34,719 nt of DNA, taken from Catajapyx aquilonaris. Taxonomy: Eukaryota. Below, piece by piece: positions 28,494-34,719 of the stretch (position 1 is the first letter of the stretch; every line of letters begins with the position of its first letter). The position numbers and the translations under genes are program-made. The stretch spans positions 1 to 34,719 of the forward strand of contig KZ539061.1 of assembly GCA_000934665.2 (NCBI GenBank). Direction: 5' to 3'. Under the pieces are notes generated by a model, which did not search any database, was not told the origin of the DNA, and saw only the letters and a list, made by a program, of their open reading frames with translations.

Positions 28494-31292
28494 GCCAAAA
28501 TATCAAGAGTCCATAGGCTTTTTTTTTTCTTCTTACAGAATACCTTCCGCTTGTGTCTAGCCACGAAGGCCATGTGAGAGAGGCCAGGAAGAAGAATAGA
28601 TAATGACTTGTCACACTCAAGGTGGTTCCAGACAAGACAGTAAGTTGCACTTGCCAAGCAGGTTGCGTAAAACATCTCTCATCAAGTGTTACAATTAGCT
28701 GATTTTTTTTTTTTTTGTAATGATCGGAGCTGAAGGAGAAGGTTGGGGTTGGGGTAATGAAAAGTAGGTTAGTGTCGTAAGCAGCTGTATGACTGGAGCT
28801 TTTGAGAGAAGGACCAATTTTACACTGGAGGAGTGTCAACTTTCGTAATCGAGCAATTTGAAGGGGATCATTGCCTCCCGTGCTCTACTTTCTTTACGAC
28901 TGACATCTTAATGATGTTTGCACAGATGCGCAGCTTCATTACTGCGGCCCCCTGATATGCCTTTGTGGCTAATAAAACCTGAAATATTAGCAAAAAAAAA
29001 AAAAAGTCGCCAAAATGGACTCATTAGTTGAGCAACTTTGACGATAGCCTGTCCAGAGGGGCGTGTTTTTTCTTTGTTGCGGAGTCAGTGAAGTAAATTA
29101 AGATGTTAGGTAATGGATCATTTCTAATCCTTTGTCTGACATAATATAGATGGGGCTATTCTGAAGCTAATTAAAGGGGATGATATGAGCGCTTTTGCAT
29201 GTCGGTTTTAATGAAGTCAGTATAACGTGCAAAAGTTGATGTCCTATATTCGTGTGTCATTAACAAGAGTGTGAAAGTTCTTGTCGCGTAATTATTGCAT
29301 TAGGGACCTACCCAGCCAGTTCTCTATTTCTCTCTCGCATGGATGCTCTGAATTAATCTTGGGGGATGACTACGTCACCTTCTGAACATGACTTGGTCGG
29401 CATACTTTTATAGAAGGCAGTAATTTGGCTAATGCAATGATTAAGAGCTGGTTGTAGCAGGTTGTAGGCATGCTAATTCTTCGTTTATGCATAGACATTC
29501 ACAATTCATAATCTGGCATGATCGCAAATTATTTACTCCTTAATTTGCGTTTAACTGGTCCTAAGTAGCCTACTGAGAATGTAGTGTTATGTCACTTACG
29601 CAACCTTGTGTGTTTGCAAAACATGTTATTCTTGCAGGGAGTCAATGTAGTCTTTACCATCAACAAGGCGCAGAGAAAGGCTCAATAAACGCCTTCAAAT
29701 CATGATTGTATAACAATATAAACAATAATTAATGCCAATAATCATAGGCAGAACTTTCGGAAGAAAACCCCTACAAGAATACAGTATTTTATGATAAAGA
29801 AGATATTATGACAAAGCAACGCTGTAATTCATGTTACACAGGATGACTCAGAACTCCAGGTTAATTCCCCGCCAGAGTACATGTTGGCCCAATGCAAGTC
29901 TAAAATGTAGCTGTGTGAAATGTCTAAAATCCAACCGTATGACTGGACGTAAATGACCACGAGCGTTTGGTGTCCCCTTATTATAGACAAAGGCGGCCAC
30001 CAGTCTCGCACTTTATCCTAGAACATATGCACGTATGTAGCCCGGGTCCTGCGTTTCGGTCATCACATTTCTGTCGAACTAGACCCCCAGGTGCTGATAA
30101 AACGTACACTGTACATGCATTATTGGTAACCGTCTGAATTCCCGAAAAGTGTTGGGTGAAAAAGTTACATCCTTCCAAATTCATGGTCTCTGGGCATTTC
30201 AATGGGTATCTGAATGTATCACCACTATTTTGGTTCTTAGTTTTATTGAGTGCCTTGATTTTACAATGATCCAGGTTCATAAATATACCTGGAAGTAATA
30301 CCCGACCTGCACGAGAGACATGGGCTTGAGACACTTGGTCTGCAGGAAGGTTAAAAAAGCTTACCTTCAAATTTACTTTCAATTTTTATATCCTAGTGTA
30401 CAATAATATTTTATGGTGGATAAGTAGCTACCCTACAAACCCTACCATTCGCGTGATTTCTGTATGCCTTATACATTATTACAAGTGTGAATGCAAACAT
30501 GAAAATTGAAACAGTTCATTTGCAAAATAATATAAATGGTTATCTGGGCAGATAAATGTAGGTTGCCGGCAATTACTGCCTCATCATTCATGCCTTTCCG
30601 GCAAAAAGCTATAATCTGCAGTTCTACACTAATACATCGCGAAGACAGGTTGTGGACTCTTTGGGAGATCATCCTGACTTAGGAAATGCCATGGTCTGTC
30701 AATGACCTTTAGTCGATATGTTTTACTCGAACATTAGCGCTTTCTCTCTAACTAACCTTACATATTTAATTATCCCACATGGAAATTAGGGTGGAATGAA
30801 GCTACACGAGAAGTGGCCAGTTCAGCCGTCATATAGTGTTAGATGACTTAGCCTATCAGTATGGAAAGATGTTTATTTCCATTCTTCGCCAGCCTGAATG
30901 CTGAGTGATGATCCTGAATGACGTGTCCCACTAGGGTCATTCAAGTGGAACAAAAGTTTCGCGATTGGACCACATTCCGACCTCATTTTTTATTGATGGT
31001 GAATTGTTGTGTCAACAATATATTAATACAACGAAAAAACACGACCAGAACATGATCCAATCACGAAACCTTTTGTCATATGTGAATGGCCCTACTGTCG
31101 TACTTGATTACAAATTTCAAATAGCTATTTTAACCTTCTATCCCACCACCCCCCTCACTGATGACGAAGGCCACTCTTCTTACCAAATGAACAGCGACAG
31201 CATAGTCACTGTCGCTACAAGGTGAATCAGCTCCTGAACAAAGTTGCCAATACAACGAAAAGCATGGTAGGAAACACTTCAAAAAGATTCCG

Positions 31293-31726
31293 TGTCACGT
31301 GCCATAATGTTTACGGGATGCCTATCCATACCTGTGGTCCTGTGGTCAGGGCACCAACGGACAGCCCCTCCCCCCCGGGCCAAGGGGCAGCCCTGCTGGA
31401 GCTTGACTCAGGTACCTTCTCACTCTGTCGGCTTCTTGAAGAAAGTACTCGACTCTCTCCCATTCCGAGCTTTTATAGGTCCTTCAAAGAGCAAGAGCGC
31501 GACTGGCCATGCATGCCTCGCCACTCTTTACTCTCAAGATCCGAAAAGGTCGACAGGTTCTGGACCCCCTGTGGGCACCACGAATACAACAGACCTCAGC
31601 TGCAGAAGTGGTGATTGTCATCGGCCCATACGGGTTGGGATAAGTAAATAGAGGGCAATTACAAATTGGAATTGGGAAGGGATTAACCGAGCTGTCCATA
31701 TTGAGATATGGGATAAAAGTCTCACA
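31293..31726 (-). mobile_element. Possible solo LTR
   Basis: GC-richer block bounded by TGTCAC...CTCACA, with minus-strand CCTATAAAAGCTCGG (TATA-like, 31470-31476) followed by a purine run. No target-site duplication found and the right boundary is uncertain. Confidence 0.3.
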
Positions 31727-31899
31727 GGTTGGATGAATCTCCTAAAAAGCCAAAGGCCTAAAACGAGGTAACCAGTTATCACTATCTATACTTATCATTT
31801 ATTCTAAAAATGCAATATGTCATGACCCATTGCTCACAGACAGCTTACGACACAATTTCCTGAGGAATGGCCTGATGCTTCATCTATGATCGTAATGAT

Positions 31900-32390
31900 A
31901 TTGCAGTTCAAATTAAAATTGCACGGTAAGACATGTAGGTAAAAGGCATTATCTCATGGAGGGACGCATACCTGGTATGATATTTTATACGTTGTGTTTG
32001 AAGCCTAGACTGTTTTCAATATGCTGAACGATGTTCCACTTGATCTGTTTCAGAATGACACAGAACAATGTTTGACTGCACAACGGCAATTCATACGCCA
32101 GCATTTCTCAAAATCTGGAACAGCTTAAGTGGGGTATCTATGAACATCCAGAGCATGATCCAGACCTTGTACGTTGTACCAAATGACCATCACTTGTTTT
32201 GCCAACTACTTTGGCAGCCGAGGGACTATTAATGGAGTAACCAAGAGATAAAAAAATAGGCTTGGCGGCGAGAGTGGTCGATCTGACAGCCGAAAATATG
32301 CGCTATCATGTGACTATGTTGAATTTTATGTAACTTACGTACATTATTTAAAGAAAATTTTACGGCAAGACGCTACTTTTGAAATGAGAC
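31900..32390 (+). mobile_element. mariner transposase relic (C-terminal catalytic region)
   Basis: From 32061: QNNV*LH...LEQLKWGIYEHPEHDPDLV, then after a frameshift PNDHHLF (cf. mariner DNARPH...LGWEVLPHPPYSPDLAPSDYHLF). CDYVE near 32310 resembles the terminal GDYVE, and KGII lies upstream. Left boundary approximate. Confidence 0.78.
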
Positions 32391-34284
32391 AATAGATTTA
32401 GTGTGTGAACTATAAGTACTCTTCAGTCTTATCTATAAAAGCCTCCAATTATTGTTTCTGTATTATTGTTAAGACAACAAGTATCGACCCGGAGTATGTT
32501 GGGTGTGTTACAGGACTTTTCACAGCCCGAGGTGAAAATGTTGATGTCAGCCAAGGCTCAAGGTAACGGGAAAAGGGTGGGGAGGTTAACAGGCCGTACT
32601 TTTTTTATATTTTCTATCATTCCACTCGGGATACCCCGCGACACAATATCTGGAGCTATTCCATATATGTTATCTCTTACGAACAAACTCTTGTTGTATC
32701 GCGGCAGATAAGTTAAAGAAAGTGAGACGAAGAGTCGGCAGAAGAAAGCTGCTGTAGGTGACAACCTTCAGTCAGGAAAGCAGCACGTGGCGAGATATAT
32801 ACCAGATATATCTTGAGTTAAATAAAATGTGCCATTAGTTGAGTCAGTCTATTGGATACCTAGTAATAGAAATGTTGTGGCATATCAGGAGTACCTTCAT
32901 TAATATTTAGACTTAAGCATCTCATTCTGGAAGGGTTTTGAGAACAAGCTGTCACCCTGAGGAATAAAGAAAGAGGCATGAAGCGAAACATGTAGTCCGA
33001 GTGCAGGTGATAGAAAATTGCCTTTTCGTCCTCGTTGACCAGAAGGAACGAAACGCAACGAATCAGAAAGTGAACGTCACAACCTGCTCACTCCGTTCAC
33101 TTACTCGGTTGCGATCACTCGGATTACAGCAGTTTATGCGAAACAAGAAAGGGAAAATGATGTACAGTACAAGTGGGTCACTTGTGGCAGTAGTTCGCTG
33201 GGTGCATGGGCAGACACTTGTATAGGAGAAAGGTATTTCCTTGCTCCTTCCCAGCAATGTCATTTTGGGCAAAACCTGAATACTGCAGTAGAAGTCAAGT
33301 CAAGTTTCACATACAGTACATTACATCAACGTGCATGCGGGTGCAGTGTATAGTCATGGATTTGCCATCTGTATAGGATGTCATTAACGAAGCCAATATT
33401 TTTGTACTGGCACAGGTCTGGGGGAAAGCGAGAAATATCATTGAGAAATTACTTTTGAGGAGTCTATAAGCATTGGGCAGCTGCCCATTATGTGAAAAAC
33501 TGTCAGATTTTCTGCTTGCATGTTACATAGCAAGCATGGTTGTGAGAAGGTGAACAAAGACATGTTCCTTACCCAGAGAAATGTTCATAAATATTTCTAT
33601 TTATTAACTTACTCTCTTCATCTGCAATGGTACTGTACAGTACATTCAAGTCAAGACATTTCCAGGAATATATATGGACTGCAGTAAAGTTCATTGTATG
33701 CAGTGTATCTTTTTGCATAAGCACCCCGAGTCAGACTGCATATATGCCCAGGGTAGTCAACGTGGAAATGATAGTACTGATATTAATATTGCTGGTAGGC
33801 TATACGTATATCCACGAGTTTTTCACTCGTGGGTCGGATTAAATTGTTCACTTGTCTACACCAATTCCAATTGATTGAAGTACGTAGATCCCGGCTCTTC
33901 TTATTGAAAAAAAACGTATTATGTATTTTCTTTGGAATCTGTTCTATAGTTTAATGACAAATTTAAACATTGTTTTCACCAATTTTTTATGCAGATGTTC
34001 AGTCCCAGTTTCCAGTATGATGAAATCCTGCTATATGTTAAATCGTCAGGATTAAAATTCATGTATTAAGAAATTCTGGAGCTTCTCTATCTCTGTGGTG
34101 TGCCTGGTTGCCCATATCGGCAGCGAGTACGTCGTCGCTGTCAATAAAAACAATGTTTCCCTTTATATCTAGGCAGCTGTTACTTACAGTACATAGCGAT
34201 GTTTGTGTCAATAAAATCCTTTTCCGGGATCCATAAAATGCATTAAAACCTTTTCTAAGGGCCAGTTTCACCGAGCTCGATATA

Positions 34285-34360
34285 TGATAAAACCAGGTTT
34301 CTTTAGGAAAATCCATACAAATATATATAGGGATTTTCCTAAAGAACCCTGGTTTTATCA
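34285..34360. repeat. Near-perfect 30-bp inverted repeat (hairpin), probably the core of a MITE
   Basis: TGATAAAACCAGGTTTCTTTAGGAAAATCC (34285-34314) vs GGATTTTCCTAAAGAACCCTGGTTTTATCA (34331-34360) match at 29/30 with a 16-nt spacer. Confidence 0.9.
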
Positions 34361-34719
34361 TTAGTCCAGTGCAAATAGCATATTACCTGGACATTTAGAG
34401 TTACTAAACGAAATTTGGGATACATATTCAATTGGCCCTCCTGAACAATATCTGAAAGTTCCCAAGTGATCCCTCATGGGATTACCCTGCAATCCTGCAA
34501 AAACTGTAACATACCTGCAGTTTTTCTTGAACCCGCATAGAAAGTGAACGCATGGACTTGGACACTCATTTCTTTTTACAAATTACTTGTTTTGACGTGT
34601 GTTGTCATTTAGAAAAAAGTGCCAACGATTTTGATATAAACTTAATTATGTTAACCTGCAAAACCTATTCATTACCTCGAATTTTTCTGGAACGCACGCA
34701 GGAATGGGACGGGTTGCCT

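Noticed and set aside
32957..32995. CTGAGGA...CGAAACATGTA hammerhead-like core
   Set aside because: The intervening purine-rich sequence cannot form stem II and no stem I pairing is evident.

Overview
Eukaryotic (arthropod-like) genomic DNA, repeat-rich, with a short assembly gap. One protein-coding gene can be built end to end: a minus-strand Sans/USH1G-ANKS4B-family scaffold (ankyrin repeats, central domain, SAM domain, C-terminal PDZ-binding motif DSRL). It has six coding exons (19584-19568, 7492-7349, 4810-4074, 2323-2152, 1934-1744, 1657-1419). All introns are GT-AG with matching phases, giving 1500 nt (499 aa plus stop). The rest is intronic or intergenic DNA with decayed transposons: hAT, Tc1/mariner and pogo-type MITEs, a mariner transposase relic, LINE relics, a possible solo LTR and Penelope-type hammerhead fragments. 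The most unusual observation is a pair of related stand-alone tRNA-like cloverleaves (2031-2100, sense inside sans intron 4; 25504-25576). They have non-canonical anticodon loops and differ by 8 fully compensatory base-pair swaps across all four stems. All analysis was by eye; no searches were run.
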